A DNA stretch of 64,000 nt, from contig NW_027361924.1 of assembly GCF_039654945.1 (NCBI RefSeq), forward strand, positions 10,478,001 through 10,542,000. The letters run 5' to 3'. Shown here piece after piece: positions 27,001-42,400 of this stretch (position 1 is the stretch's first letter; each line of letters opens with the position of its first letter). Below the pieces are notes generated by a model. That model was not told where the DNA came from. It made no database searches and was given only the letters and a program-made list of their open reading frames with translations. The stretch comes from Dendrobates tinctorius. Its lineage: Eukaryota. The translations under genes and the position numbers were made by a program.

Positions 27001-29260
27001 CTCGGCTACCACTGCCTGGATCACCAGAGGAATCACCCCCTTATCAAGGTCGAAGTTCAGCTGGGAATAAAAAATTAAAAAGTGTCAGAAAAGTGACATC
27101 AAAGTGGTACTCCCACCACTAGGATTTGCCAACTCTTCTTCTGGGACTGAGCCACACAGAGAGAAAAAAAAAAAGTTACAGGGGTCCCCCCGTCCTATAA
27201 AGGTGGGCTGTATCAGTGGTGCGGGTCCCATATCAGTGTCCCCTTCTATGTACAGCAGCCCCCCCAGCTGTGCAGGGGAAAAAACTGAAGCAGATGCAGA
27301 GGCAAAGCAACATTGATACCCTTCATAAAATTTTCTATATTTGAAAATAACTTTACATTTTTATGATTTTTTTCTTAATATCTTTGAAAAAAATGTAACT
27401 GTTATTTATGTTAAATCCTTTCCGTCACCAACAGCGCCACCCCCTGACTATAGGCTGTGTGTGGTATAGCAGCTCAGCTCCATTCACTTGCAATGGGGCC
27501 AGAATTGCAATACATGGTCAGTGGTGGCGCTATTTGTGAAGGAGAGTAGCCATAATTTTTTGTTCCCCCCAAACTAGGAGCAGCGTTCCGGGAGCATCTT
27601 GTGCTGTGTAGAAGTTCAGGGGGGCGCTCACCTCCTCATCTTTCCAGTCGTTGAAATCCATTTTGAACGTCGGCATGGAAAAGTGCTGGCTGAGTCCTCG
27701 CTTATAATAGACGGTCTGGGACTGGAGCGCAGGACTGCGGGGACTGTACCTGCAGGACATGAGCACAGTGAGGCATGCAGTACAGTCACTCCGCCTGTGG
27801 AGGGCAGCATGGTTCTACTTACACAGCCATCCCCCCGACAAACTCTTCGCTGGCCTGGGTATAAACCGTGATGGCCACACGGGCGTCCGCATCGAAGGTG
27901 AACTCCAGCCCGTACAGGACTCGCGTTTTCCCTCCATCCTCAAGCGGACTGTCCGCTCCTTCCTTGTATCTGGAAATACAGAACATAACCGTGTGTGACA
28001 GCGTCGGGGGACCACGCGAGGGCGACGCTGGAGGGGAGGGTGATAGTTACCTGACGAGACGCAGCGAATCCTTGCGAATGTTCACCAGACTGCGCAGCGT
28101 CTTCACCGGCTCATGGGGGGCCGGGGTCAGGTAGGGGAACTGGTAAGAGAAGTGCAGACATGTGAATGACACAGACCACCACCAACCGCAGCCTGGACTC
28201 CGCAGACCCGAAAAACACACAAGGGAGTAACCTAAAGAGGTTTATGTAAAAAGTTTTACATCAAGATGAAAACTTCAAAAAAAAAAAAAAAAGTTCTGCA
28301 CCTTTCTAATAAACTTCCACTTTCTCCACATTTGCAGGACCTCTGCTTGCTTTCATTGAAGGAGTTTTTAGTTTGTGGCAACTTTTATAAGCTTTTACAT
28401 CACTTTTGTGGCATAAAAGATTTGATGATTCAGCCCCGAAGAGATTACACTTCGCTTAGGACCGGATTCATCAAAACTTTTAGGATGATTTGCTGCCGTA
28501 AAAAGCTTTGAAAAGTTGCAGAATTTTGGGCTAAAGTCCAGCGGTCTACGCCAGGATGGTAAGGACATGCCGGTGGGCTGCTGAATACCCCGCACCAGTC
28601 ATTACGCTCCTCTGGTGGCCGGCGTTCATAGGGGGTCATGAATGTAGCTATCCAGAGCAGGGCCGATGCCACTGGATGCACAGCACCGGCGATCACACGA
28701 TCGCAGCTTCAAGTCTCCTAAGGGGACTATTAATTAAAGTAAAAAGCGAAAAGAAAAAAAAGAAATAAAAACCTAAACATGTTATGGGGTAAAATCAGTA
28801 AGGTCAATTCCTCCCGCAAAAAACAAGCCCTGATTATGGCGATGTGGACAGAAAAATAACAAAGGTTATGGGTCCGGGAAGAAAGAGAGGAAAAAAAAGG
28901 AAACTTCACACAGCGCGGTCAGGAAGGGGTTAAGGGCGCAGTGCCACCTGCAGGACGGCGGCGGTGTGTACCGCGTACCTGGACGGGACGGTTCCCCAGG
29001 AAGTTGAGGTCGCTGTTCTCCCCGAATAGATAACCCTCCGGGTGCGGGGTCTCGAACTTCTCTCCCCCCATAAAGAAATGGCTGGCAAAGTAGTTTCCTG
29101 GAAGAGAAGAAATTCACCACATTAAGGAGCTGCCGGACTCCAGCTCCCTGCGCCTGGCCGGGGGGCACTCACCGGATTTCGGGGGGTAGCGGTAGGCAGA
29201 ATTAGCCTGGATGTCGATGTCCTCCACCCCAGCGATCCTCCGACCCCAGACGGCCCCCAT
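24018..29260 (-). CDS. MGRN1: E3 ubiquitin ligase Mahogunin RING finger 1 (16 coding exons, 1527 nt, 508 aa)
   Basis: Exons (minus): 29260-29173, 29097-28979, 28139-28051, 27969-27823, 27749-27632, 27060-26994, 26917-26874, 26615-26568, 26267-26199, 25978-25819 ([38 protein letters not shown]), 25731-25622, 25540-25359, 25052-24935, 24805-24760, 24377-24297, 24058-24018. All introns are GT-AG and phase-consistent. Starts [30 protein letters not shown] and ends [13 protein letters not shown], the MGRN1-type C-terminus. Confidence 0.97.
25078..25350. mobile_element. Palindromic MITE-like element in an MGRN1 intron
   Basis: Begins TTAAAAAGGGGCTGTCCA. Central inverted repeat TAGTGGCCGTTCTTGGTACTGCAGCT / AGCTGCAGTACCGAGAACGGCCACTA at ~25190-25270. 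Confidence 0.55.
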
Positions 29261-29556
29261 GACCTAGGAGAGAGGCACGAGACACCTGAAAATGTCGCTG
29301 CGGTCACGAAAGGGGCGACTGAAGAAATGTGCCAGCTCTGCTGCCTGTCAGTGACTGGAAACCCCACAGCCTGGTCACCTCTCACAGCTGAGGGTGCGTT
29401 ACAGTGTGTCACTCTCTACTCTGCTGCTGTGCACACACACATATCACTGTGGGATCTCACTGACTGACACAACCCTACTCCACAGCCATGCTGGGACTTG
29501 TGGTACTACAGCGCCTGCCCTCACCACCACAACAGGGCCGCACACCCCGCACTCAC

Positions 29557-29640
29557 CGACCTAAGGCTCCTCTTGCTTTCGGTTCCTGGGCCTCCTTCCT
29601 CCACAAATCCCCGAGATTCCACCGCTAAGCCGGAATGGCA
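29557..29640 (-). other. MGRN1: Probable non-coding first exon of MGRN1
   Basis: Donor GTCG|GTGAGT at 29557/29556. Matching acceptor CTCTCTCCTAG|GTCATG lies 3 nt before the start codon (exon starts 29263). The TSS position is not determinable. Confidence 0.6.
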
Positions 29641-29740
29641 GCAGGGAGTTGTAGTTCTTAACATCTGACGTCATTAGCAGCTATCGATCTGCAAGAAGGA
29701 GCGGAAAAACTACCACTCCCGAAATGCACCGCGACATTCC
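29640..29740 (-). promoter_or_regulatory. MGRN1 promoter: ZNF143/Staf-type motifs and CRE
   Basis: GGGAGTTGTAGT (reverse ACTACAACTCCC) at ~29644-29655, full CRE TGACGTCA at 29666-29673, and ACTACCACTCCCGAAATGCAC at ~29709-29729. Confidence 0.65.
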
Positions 29741-29947
29741 CACAGCTGACGAGCGTCACCAAAGACAACACTACCCAGACTGTACCAAGAGCGCAGAGTG
29801 TGAGGGGCGAGAGGGCAGCGATGGTACATTCCGGTGTCTACTCTTTGTAGGAAAGAGTGCTAATTATGCAAATTGTCTCTTCAGAGAGGAAGAGGAGGAC
29901 AAGAGTAAAGGCTCCCTACTATGTAATACTGTGCGAGCCTGAGGCGT

Positions 29948-32900
29948 TATACTCCAGAGCTGCACTCACTATTCTGCTGGTGCAGTCACTGTGTACATAC
30001 ATTACATTACTGATCCTGAGTTACATCCTGTATTATACCCCAGAGCTGCACTCACTATTCTGCTGGTGCAGTCACTGTGTACATACATTACATTACTGAT
30101 CATGAGCTACATCCTGTATTATACTCCAGAGCTGCACTCACTATTCTGCTGGTGCAGTCACTGTGTACATACATTGCATTACTGATCCTGAGTTACCTTC
30201 TGTATTATACTCCAGAGCTGCACTCACTATTCTGCTGGTGCAGTCACTGTGTACATACATTACATTACTGATCCTGAGTTACATCCTGTATTATACCCCA
30301 GAGCTGCACTCACTATTCTGCTGGTGCAGTCACTGTGTACATACATTACATTACTGATCCTGAGTTACCTCCTGTATTATACCCCAGAGCTGCACTCACT
30401 ATTCTGCTGGTGCAGTCACTGTGTACATACATTACTGATCCTGAGTTACCTCCTGTATTATACCCCAGAGCTGCACTCACTATTCTGCTGGTGCAGTCAC
30501 TGTGTACATACATTACATTACTGATCCTGAGTTACATCCTGTATTATACCCCAGAGCTGCACTCACTATTCTGCTGGTGCAGTCACTGTGTACATACATT
30601 ACATTACTGATCCTGAGTTACCTCCTGTATTATACCCCAGAGCTGCACTCACTATTCTGCTGGTGCAGTCACTGTGTACATACATTACTGATCCTGAGTT
30701 ACCTCCTGTATTATACTCCAGAGCTGCACTCACTATTCTGCTGGTGCAGTCACTGTGTACATACATTACATTACTGATCCTGAGTTACATCCTGTATTAT
30801 ACTCCAGAGCTGCACTCACTATTCTGCTGGTGCAGTCACTGTGTACATACATTACATTACTGATCCTGAGTTACATCCTGTATTATACCCCAGAGCTGCA
30901 CTCACTATTCTGCTGGTGCAGTCACTGTGTACATACATTACATTACTGATCCTGAGTTACATCCTGTATTATACCCCAGAGCTGCACTCACTATTCTGCT
31001 GGTGCAGTCACTGTGTACATACATTACATTACTGATCCTGAGTTACCTCCTGTATTATACCCCAGAGCTGCACTCACTATTCTGCTGGTGCAGTCACTGT
31101 GTACATACATTACATTACTGATCCTGAGCTACATCCTGTATTATACTCCAGAGCTGCACTCACTATTCTGCTGGTGCAGTCACTGTGTACATACATTGCA
31201 TTACTGATCCTGAGTTACCTTCTGTATTATACTCCAGAGCTGCACTCACTATTCTGCTGGTGCAGTCACTGTGTACATACATTACATTACTGATCCTGAG
31301 TTACATCCTGTATTATACCCCAGAGCTGCACTCACTATTCTGCTGGTGCAGTCACTGTGTACATACATTACATTACTGATCCTGAGTTACCTCCTGTATT
31401 ATACCCCAGAGCTGCACTCACTATTCTGCTGGTGCAGTCACTGTGTACATACATTACTGATCCTGAGTTACCTCCTGTATTATACTCCAGAGCTGCACTC
31501 ACTATTCTGCTGGTGCAGTCACTGTGTACATACATTACATTACTGATCCTGAGTTACATCCTGTATTATACTCCAGAGCTGCACTCACTATTCTGCTGGT
31601 GCAGTCACTGTGTACATACATTACATTACTGATCCTTAGTTACATCCTGTATTATACTCCAGGGCTGCACTCACTATTCTGCTGGTGCAGTCACTGTGTA
31701 CATACATTACATTACTGATCCTGAGTTACATCCTGTATTATACCCCAGAGCTGCACTCACTATTCTGCTGGTGCAGTCACTGTGTACATACATTACATTA
31801 CTGATCCTGAGTTACCTCCTGTATTATACTCCAGAGCTGCACTCACTATTCTGCTGGTGCAGTCACTGTGTACATACATTACTGATCCTGAGTTACATCC
31901 TGTATTATACCCCAGAGCTGCACTCACTATTCTGCTGGTGCAGTCACTGTGTACATACATTACATTACTGATCCTGAGTTACATCCTGTATTATACTCCA
32001 GAGCTGCACTCACTATTCTGCTGGTGCAGTCACTGTGTACATACATTACTGATCCTGAGTTACATCCTGTATTATACCCCAGAGCTGCACTCACTATTCT
32101 GCTGGTGCAGTCACTGTGTACATACATTACATTACTGATCCTGAGTTACATCCTGTATTATACCCCAGAGCTGCACTCACTATTCTGCTGGTGCAGTCAC
32201 TGTGTACATACATTACATTACTGATCCGGAGTTACCTCCTGTATTATACTCCAGAGCTGCACTCACTATTCTGCTGGTGCAGTCACTGTGTACATACATT
32301 ACTGATCCTGAGTTACATCCTGTATTATACCCCAGAGCTGCACTCACTATTCTGCTGGTGCAGTCACTGTGTACATACATTACATTACTGATCCTGAGTT
32401 ACACCCTGTATTATACCCCAGAGCTGCACTCACTATTCTGCTGGTGCAGTCACTGTGTACATACATTACTGATCCTGAGTTACATCCTGTATTATACCCC
32501 AGAGCTGCGCTCACTATTCTGCTGGTGCAGTCACTGTGTACATACATTACATTACTGATCCTGAGTTACATCCTGTATTATACCCCAGAGCTGCACTCAC
32601 TATTCTGCTGGTGCAGTCACTGTGTACATACATTACATTACTGATCCTGAGTTACATCCTGTATTATACTCCAGAGCTGCACTCACTATTCTGCTGGTGC
32701 AGTCACTGTGTACATACATTACATTACTGATCCTGAGTTACATCCTGTATTATACCCCAGAGCTGCACTCACTATTCTGCTGGTGCAGTCACTGTGTACA
32801 TACATTACATTACTGATCCTGAGTTACATCCTGTATTATACTCCAGAGCTGCACTCACTATTCTGCTGGTGCAGTCACTGTGTACATACATTACATTACT

Positions 32901-32960
32901 GATCCTGAGTTACATCCTGTATTATACCCCAGAGCTGCACTCACTAGTCTGCTGGTGCAG
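29948..32960 (+). repeat. 86-bp tandem satellite (~35 copies, with 81-bp variants) between the MGRN1 and UBALD1 promoters
   Basis: Unit TATACTCCAGAGCTGCACTCACTATTCTGCTGGTGCAGTCACTGTGTACATACATTACATTACTGATCCTGAGTTACATCCTGTAT. The ORF-track spacing of 86 confirms the period. Confidence 0.97.
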
Positions 32961-33039
32961 TTTTATATTGAACAGGTGCGTTGATGTAAGCGGCCTTGCT
33001 GACTGTTTCCAGTCGTGCTTGGTTACATTCTGCACTGCC

Positions 33040-33350
33040 CCTTTCTGTGACGTCACACTAAACAGTGATTGCTGCAGGGAGGTCACTGAGGTCACTGACA
33101 GGATGACGTCAGCAGACATCCCTTGTACACACTACAGTCCTACCAAAGCGGCCCAAGCTGTCAGTCACTAGCAGACCACGCCCTCACCGTCGCGTCCTCT
33201 CCTGCTATTGGTGAGCGGGATGATTGCCATATATGGTCTGCCACTGCCACAGCTAATGCTCCTATTGGCTGAGAGGCGAGGCCTTCCTGGTGATGTCAGT
33301 ACACAAACAAAGCGCGGCATGCCGGGAGATGTAGTTCCGCGGCCGGAAGA
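33040..33350 (+). promoter_or_regulatory. UBALD1 promoter: two CREs, CCAAT boxes, ZNF143-type and ETS motifs
   Basis: TGACGTCA at 33048-33055 and 33104-33111. CTATTGG (reverse CCAAT) at ~33205 and ~33262. GCATGCCGGGAGATGTAGT at ~33317-33335 and CCGGAAG at ~33343. First-exon donor CAG|GTAGG at 33362/33363. Confidence 0.65.
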
Positions 33351-33908
33351 TACCATGTGCAGGTAGGACGGCTTTCCCAGCATTGCGCAGTACACCTCCC
33401 CTCAGGTGATTGCACACGTGTAAACTCACCATTACAAACACATTTATGCGTTATACACTGAGTTGTGTCACGTGATATATAAAATTATTATTTATTTGCA
33501 TTTTGTATGAAAGAAAGCAAATGTTATTGTGGTGACACAGTCGTGTGCGATTTGTGACGGCGTCATGTGGTGACCAATCATCAGACGAGATGTACCAGAT
33601 CAGCACGAAGCGACTAAATCGAGTGATCGAGGGCGATCAGTGACCTTGGGTTGTACCATGTGTGTATGTTATGTGGGGGGAGCCGTGTATGGAAATTCCT
33701 AGAAATCTCCAGCCGCACTCAGCAGCGTATAAAACTACAGCTCCCAGCCTGCTGTGCAGCTGCCCGCCTCCTCTGGGTGTGTGGCTGATGGGCAGCTGCA
33801 CGGCGGTGGTGAGTGTATAGATGTGTTCCCCCCATGCTGGGCTGTGTGTGGGGGTTTCTTCCATTGCTCCCCTATGTTTATGCCTCTGATCCGTTTTTGT
33901 ATCCGTAG

Positions 33909-37166
<3,258 letters not shown>

Positions 37167-38296
37167 GGCGGCCAAGGACTGATGGATGGACACCAAGAAA
37201 GAGGCCGGATGGAGGGGGGTGAAGACTTTAATCAGCCGCCTGCACCCTCCGAGTATTGCCTCCTCAGCGATGCAGCAGCCATCTTCTTTCTGACACTCGT
37301 TACCTCACTTTCCTGCAGAGCATTGCTCCGTGAAGGATGCTCTGCATGGTTACCGCGTGGCAGAGCCGCCGGCCATACCTCATACGGCATTGGAGCACGT
37401 CGGGGGCCCCGGCATGCGGAGCTCACGGTGTTGGGATTTATGATTTTTTTTTTTGTTTTTTTTGTTTTTTTTGTCGTTTAACCCTTTTATTTACTACAGC
37501 TGTTCCTGTACTGGTTTTCAGAAGTTGATTAAAAAAAAAAAAAATTATAATAAAATTAAAAAAGTAAACACTTTAATCTCCTATGCAGCCATAGCCTGGA
37601 TAGGGGGGGGAAATGCAAAAATGTTGGATCAGTGGAAAAAAGGACTTTTTTTTTGCTACGCTGAGGTATGATTAATTGAAATGTCGGCCTCCAAAGCCTG
37701 AGGCTGCACTACTGAGACCGGCGATAATGACGTCGGCCACTGACATGTCTGTAACGTGCCGGAGCTGAACAGAGGCCCGATGTGTGCGGTGATCTGGCTC
37801 CGTGCGAGGTTTCTATAGCAACACTACACTGGACAGAAGTCTGACTCAGTGGTGCAGCCTCGGGCCTGTAACCTGAGACGAGCAACTCTGGGCCAGATAT
37901 AGAGAAAAGGGTTTTGTGTTCTGGTAGGGTCTTCCAATTGTGTATGTTTGGGGTGGTGTTACCCGGGCCAGTGTCTCAGCCGCGGTCAGTGAGACATCTT
38001 AGGACCCAAAGGGAATAATTTGGACATAAAATTGCGCTCATGGTCCAAATCCTGACTTTTTTTTTTTGCCTACAGACAAGTCACAATGTCACACAGCTTT
38101 CTGGAGTCCTGACTGGCAAATCCTCACTTGAAGCCATTACAAGGTAGATTTGCCATTCGGGCCTGCAGGACAGCGACAGAGCCTAGGCCTTGTTTATTTA
38201 TATGGTCTTTGTTGCCCCTAGCAACCAGTCACGGGGCACCTTTCATTTAGTAAACTGTTCTGGTGACATGAAAGCTGCTCTGTGATTGGCTGCTAA

Positions 38297-38783
38297 GGCC
38301 TGTTTCACACATCAGTTTTTTTCGTCAGTGAAAATCCGCTAAGGCGGACAACGGATCCGTTCCCACAACATTTGCCACCGGACCGTTGTCTTAACGGATC
38401 CGTCGAAGCAGGAATTTTAAAGGAACCGCTGCCCGGGGAGGAGAGAGATAGAATTTTTTTTTTTTTCAAGACGCCAGAACTGAGTTTAGGGTTAAATTTC
38501 CGACACTGGCATTTCTCCTGGGCATGCGCAATAGAAAATGCGGATCCGGCCGGGGAAAAAACGTTTCATCGTCCGTCCTGTCCGCTCAGCGGACGGCAAA
38601 ATCTTGTCGGATCCGTAAAAAAACAAATCGAACGGATGACCATCCGTCAAGATCCGCCGTTAATACAAGTCAATGGGGAAAAAGACGGATCCGCCAAGAA
38701 AAATGGCGGATCTGTTTTTTTTTTTTTTTTGCAAAACGGCGGATTTTGACTGATGGGGACAAAACGGATGTGTGAAACAGGCC
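38297..38783. mobile_element. PIF/Harbinger-type MITE with TAA target-site duplication
   Basis: TIR GGCCTGTTTCACACATC / GATGTGTGAAACAGGCC. TAA on both sides (38294-38296, 38784-38786). Internal CGGATCCG repeats. Confidence 0.9.
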
Positions 38784-39488
38784 TAAGACGATTTTCCTTT
38801 TTAGATGGGATTAATGTCCCCCTCCTGTGTAATCATGGCCATATCGCCCACAGGGGCTGTCACGGTGTCTGGCAATATGGAGATAAGTGGACTGCGCGTC
38901 TTCATCTAAAAAATAATAATAAACTGCTGAACAGAATTGTGGCCAAAGTTTAGTGACATTTTAGAACTGGGGTCAGGATGGAGATTGACAAAAAACCCTA
39001 CAACAGGAAGGACTGATATGTTTTCCCCGTACTTGACCGGCATGTCTGTGATCAGTGCCATACGTGACCTGTCGGTGTGCGGAACTGATCATAGACAATC
39101 TGCTTATCTACACCGTGTACATGACCTGTCTGTGATCGGTGCTGTACGCCATCTGCTTATCTACCCCCGTACATGACCTTGCCCGTCTGGTCAGTGACCT
39201 GCCATCGCTGGCCGTACATGAGCTGCCCATCCACCCGCTCTAGTGATCAGTGACTTTATCTGCCCGCTGGTGCCTCTACGGGACGTGCTCGTGTGTCAGT
39301 GCTCGTACGTGACTTCTGTATTGCACGTTTATTACATGACGGGTGATTTCAGGCTTCTTTAATACATGAGTAAAAATAAAATCTCCGGTTATTAAGTCCT
39401 GGGGGGTGATAGATATCTGTATATATAAGTTTGGGCCCGGCGGTGGGTGGCAGCAGCGATGGCGTTGGGGTGAAGGCTTTATCCCTGG

Positions 39489-42400
39489 TCAGACCGCCTG
39501 CTCCTCAGGGTTGTTTGGTTGCTGTAGCATGTTGGTGCCGTCCATGGCGGAGGGCACATAAAACATGGGCTGTGCGGAGTCGGTGGCAGATGACGTTGGT
39601 AGTGCGGTGCGGGACGATCGCGCGGAATGACTCGCAGGCCCTGGGCGGGGAGAGAGAGGGATAGACACAGTACTTCTAATGGCCCTGTGCTGTTATTAGG
39701 GTTAGTGGCGCTATAAGCTGTGCGGCTTACGTGATGGGGGGGTGCTGGAGGTCCTGCAGTGTGGGGTAGCGGAACGCGCTCTTTCCACTGGGATCCTGTA
39801 CGGTGGCTGTGGGGTCTTCACTGCTGGGGGAAAAGTCACCGGTCAGACCAGAGTCAACAATATCAGAGACAAAAAAAATAAGTTGGTCTGCAGCGCTGAC
39901 ACTCACCGGGGGTGTCCCTCTCTGCAATGTACGCCGTGTGACTCTTGTCCAACCGTCCCTTGTACATCACACCGTCAATCCCCATCAGGTCATACTCCGT
40001 CTGAGGGTGGAAAGTGACACCGAACGATTCCTTTTATCCCATATCTATAAAGTTTGTGAACCCTTCAGAATTGTCCTTATCTCTGCATACCTGACATAAA
40101 ACTACATCTGATTTTCTCACGGCCTAAAATTAGAGGAGTCAAATATATAAGACCAATCAATTTTCCATGCTGAAAATGAGTAATTTTTTTTAATTTACTT
40201 TTAGGGTTTGTGTGAAAATCAGATGTATATGTAGTTTCAGGTACAATTTATACAGAAATAAGGAAAATCCTCAAGGGTTCACAAACTTTGAAGCGCTAGT
40301 CTACCTATCCGTTATGGCGACACTTACGTTCTTGTACTGGATTTGCCCGGGATCTCCGTACGGGAACACCGTGCTGAGGTTTTGGTTGCGTGATGACTTC
40401 CGGTGGATTGAGCAGGCGCTGTGGGGTCTCGGGGACTCGCTGTACTGGATCTCGGGGTCTGACATCTGTAAAGGATCTCTAAAAAGACAAATCTGTGTGA
40501 ACTCGGGGTTACTGTGACCCAGGGTGTAAGTGGGCCATAGTCCTGTACACCCGGGTAGGACAGATCTGGTGATCAGCCCCCGAGGGGACTGACAACCGTT
40601 CTCCTGTTCATGTATAGAAATGTCAATTCCCCCCCCAATAGCCATGTGTTCAGCGCTGATATCAGATGCACATACCCGGGGGTCTTGTAATCTCTGCTCC
40701 GGGGATTCAGAGAACGCACGGTAACCAGATGTCTGCAAAACAGAGAGAATCACAAATCGATATTAGATACGTAGATGGGTACTAGGTTCAGTAGTAGGGC
40801 GAGTACGAGGTTGGGTACCAGGTTCAGGCGTAGGTTGGGTACTAGGTTCAGTAGTAGGGTGAGTACTAGGTTGGATATTAGGTTCAGTAGTAGGGCGAGT
40901 ACTAGGTTAGGTACCAGGTTCAGGCGTAGGTTGGGTACTAGGTTCAGTAGTAGGGTGAGTACGAGGTTGGGTATTAGGTTCATTAGTAGGGCGAGTACTA
41001 GGTTCGGTACCAGGTTCAGGCGTAGGTTGGGTACTGGGTTCAGTAGTAGGGTGAGTACGAGGTTGGGTATTAGGTTCATTAGTAGGGCGAGTACTAGGTT
41101 GGGTACCAGGTTCAGGCGTAGGTTGGGTACTAGGTTCAGTAGTAGGGTGAGTACTAGGTTGGGTATTAGGTTCATTAGTAGGGCGAGTACTAGGTTAGGT
41201 ACCAGGTTCAGGCGTAGGTTGGGTACTAGGTTCAGTAGTAGGGTGAGTACGAGGTTGGGTATTAGGTTCATTAGTAGGGCGAGTACTAGGTTGGGTACCA
41301 GGTTCAGGCGTAGGTTGGGTACTAGGTTCAGTAGTAGGGTGAGTACGAGGTTGGGTATTAGGTTCATTAGTAGGGCGAGTACTAGGTTGGGTACCAGGTT
41401 CAGGCGTAGGTTGGGTACTAGGTTCAGTAGTAGGGTGAGTACTAGGTTAGGTACCAGGTTCAGGCGTAGGTTGGGTACTAGGTTCAGTAGTAGGGTGAGT
41501 ACGAGGTTGGGTATTAGGTTCATTAGTAGGGCGAGTACTAGGTTGGGTACCAGGTTCAGGCGTAGGTTGGGTACTAGGTTCAGTAGTAGGGTGAGTACTA
41601 GGTTGGGTACCAGGTTCAGGCGTAGGTTGGGTACTAGGTTCAGTAGTAGGGTGAGTACTAGGTTGGGTACCAGGTTCAGGCGTAGGTTGGGTACTAGGTT
41701 CAGTAGTAGGGTGAGTACTAGGTTAGGTACCAGGTTCAGGCGTAGGTTGGGTACTAGGTTCAGTAGTAGGGTGAGTACGAGGTTGGGTATTAGGTTCATT
41801 AGTAGGGCGAGTACTAGGTTGGGTACCAGGTTCAGGCGTAGGTTGGGTACTAGGTTCAGTAGTAGGGTGAGTACGAGGTTGGGTATTAGGTTCATTAGTA
41901 GGGCGAGTAGTAGGTTGGGTACCAGGTTCAGGCGTAGGTTGGGTACTAGGTTCAGTAGTAGGGTGAGTACTAGGTTAGGTACCAGGTTCAGGCGAAGGTT
42001 GGGTACTAGGTTCAGTAGTAGGGTGAGTACTAGGTTAGGTACCAGGTTCAGGCGAAGGTTGGGCACTAGGTTCAGTAGTAGGGTGAGTACTAGGTTGGGT
42101 ACCAGGTTCAGGCGTAGGTTGGGTACTAGGTTCATTAGTAGGGCGAGTACTAGGTTGGGTACCAGGTTCAGGCGTAGGTTGGGTACTAGGTTCAGTAGTA
42201 GGGTGAGTACTAGGTTGGGTACCAGGTTCAGGCGTAGGTTGGGTACTAGGTTCAGTAGTAGGGTGAGTACTAGGTTGGGTACCAGGTTCAGGCGTAGGTT
42301 GGGTACTAGGTTCAGTAGTAGGGTGAGTACTAGGTTAGGTACCAGGTTCAGGCGTAGGTTGGGTACTAGGTTCAGTAGTAGGGTGAGTACGAGGTTGGGT

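Noticed and set aside
24018-29260. Alternative call RNF157
   Set aside because: The C-terminal [12 protein letters not shown], the [13 protein letters not shown] segment and adjacency to a UBALD1-type gene point to MGRN1.
29948-32960. Hammerhead ribozyme in the 86-bp or 52-bp satellite units (as in newt satellite 2)
   Set aside because: CTGA is present, but neither unit has a CUGANGA...GAAA core with compatible stems on either strand.
29857-33171. Series of 64/91/118-aa ORFs (MYIHYITDPEL...), mirrored at 61156-63913
   Set aside because: Artefacts of the 86/81-bp satellite period.
40301-40753. 150-aa single ORF
   Set aside because: Only 40478-40328 is exonic in that frame. Exon 40732-40676 uses another frame and the rest is intron.
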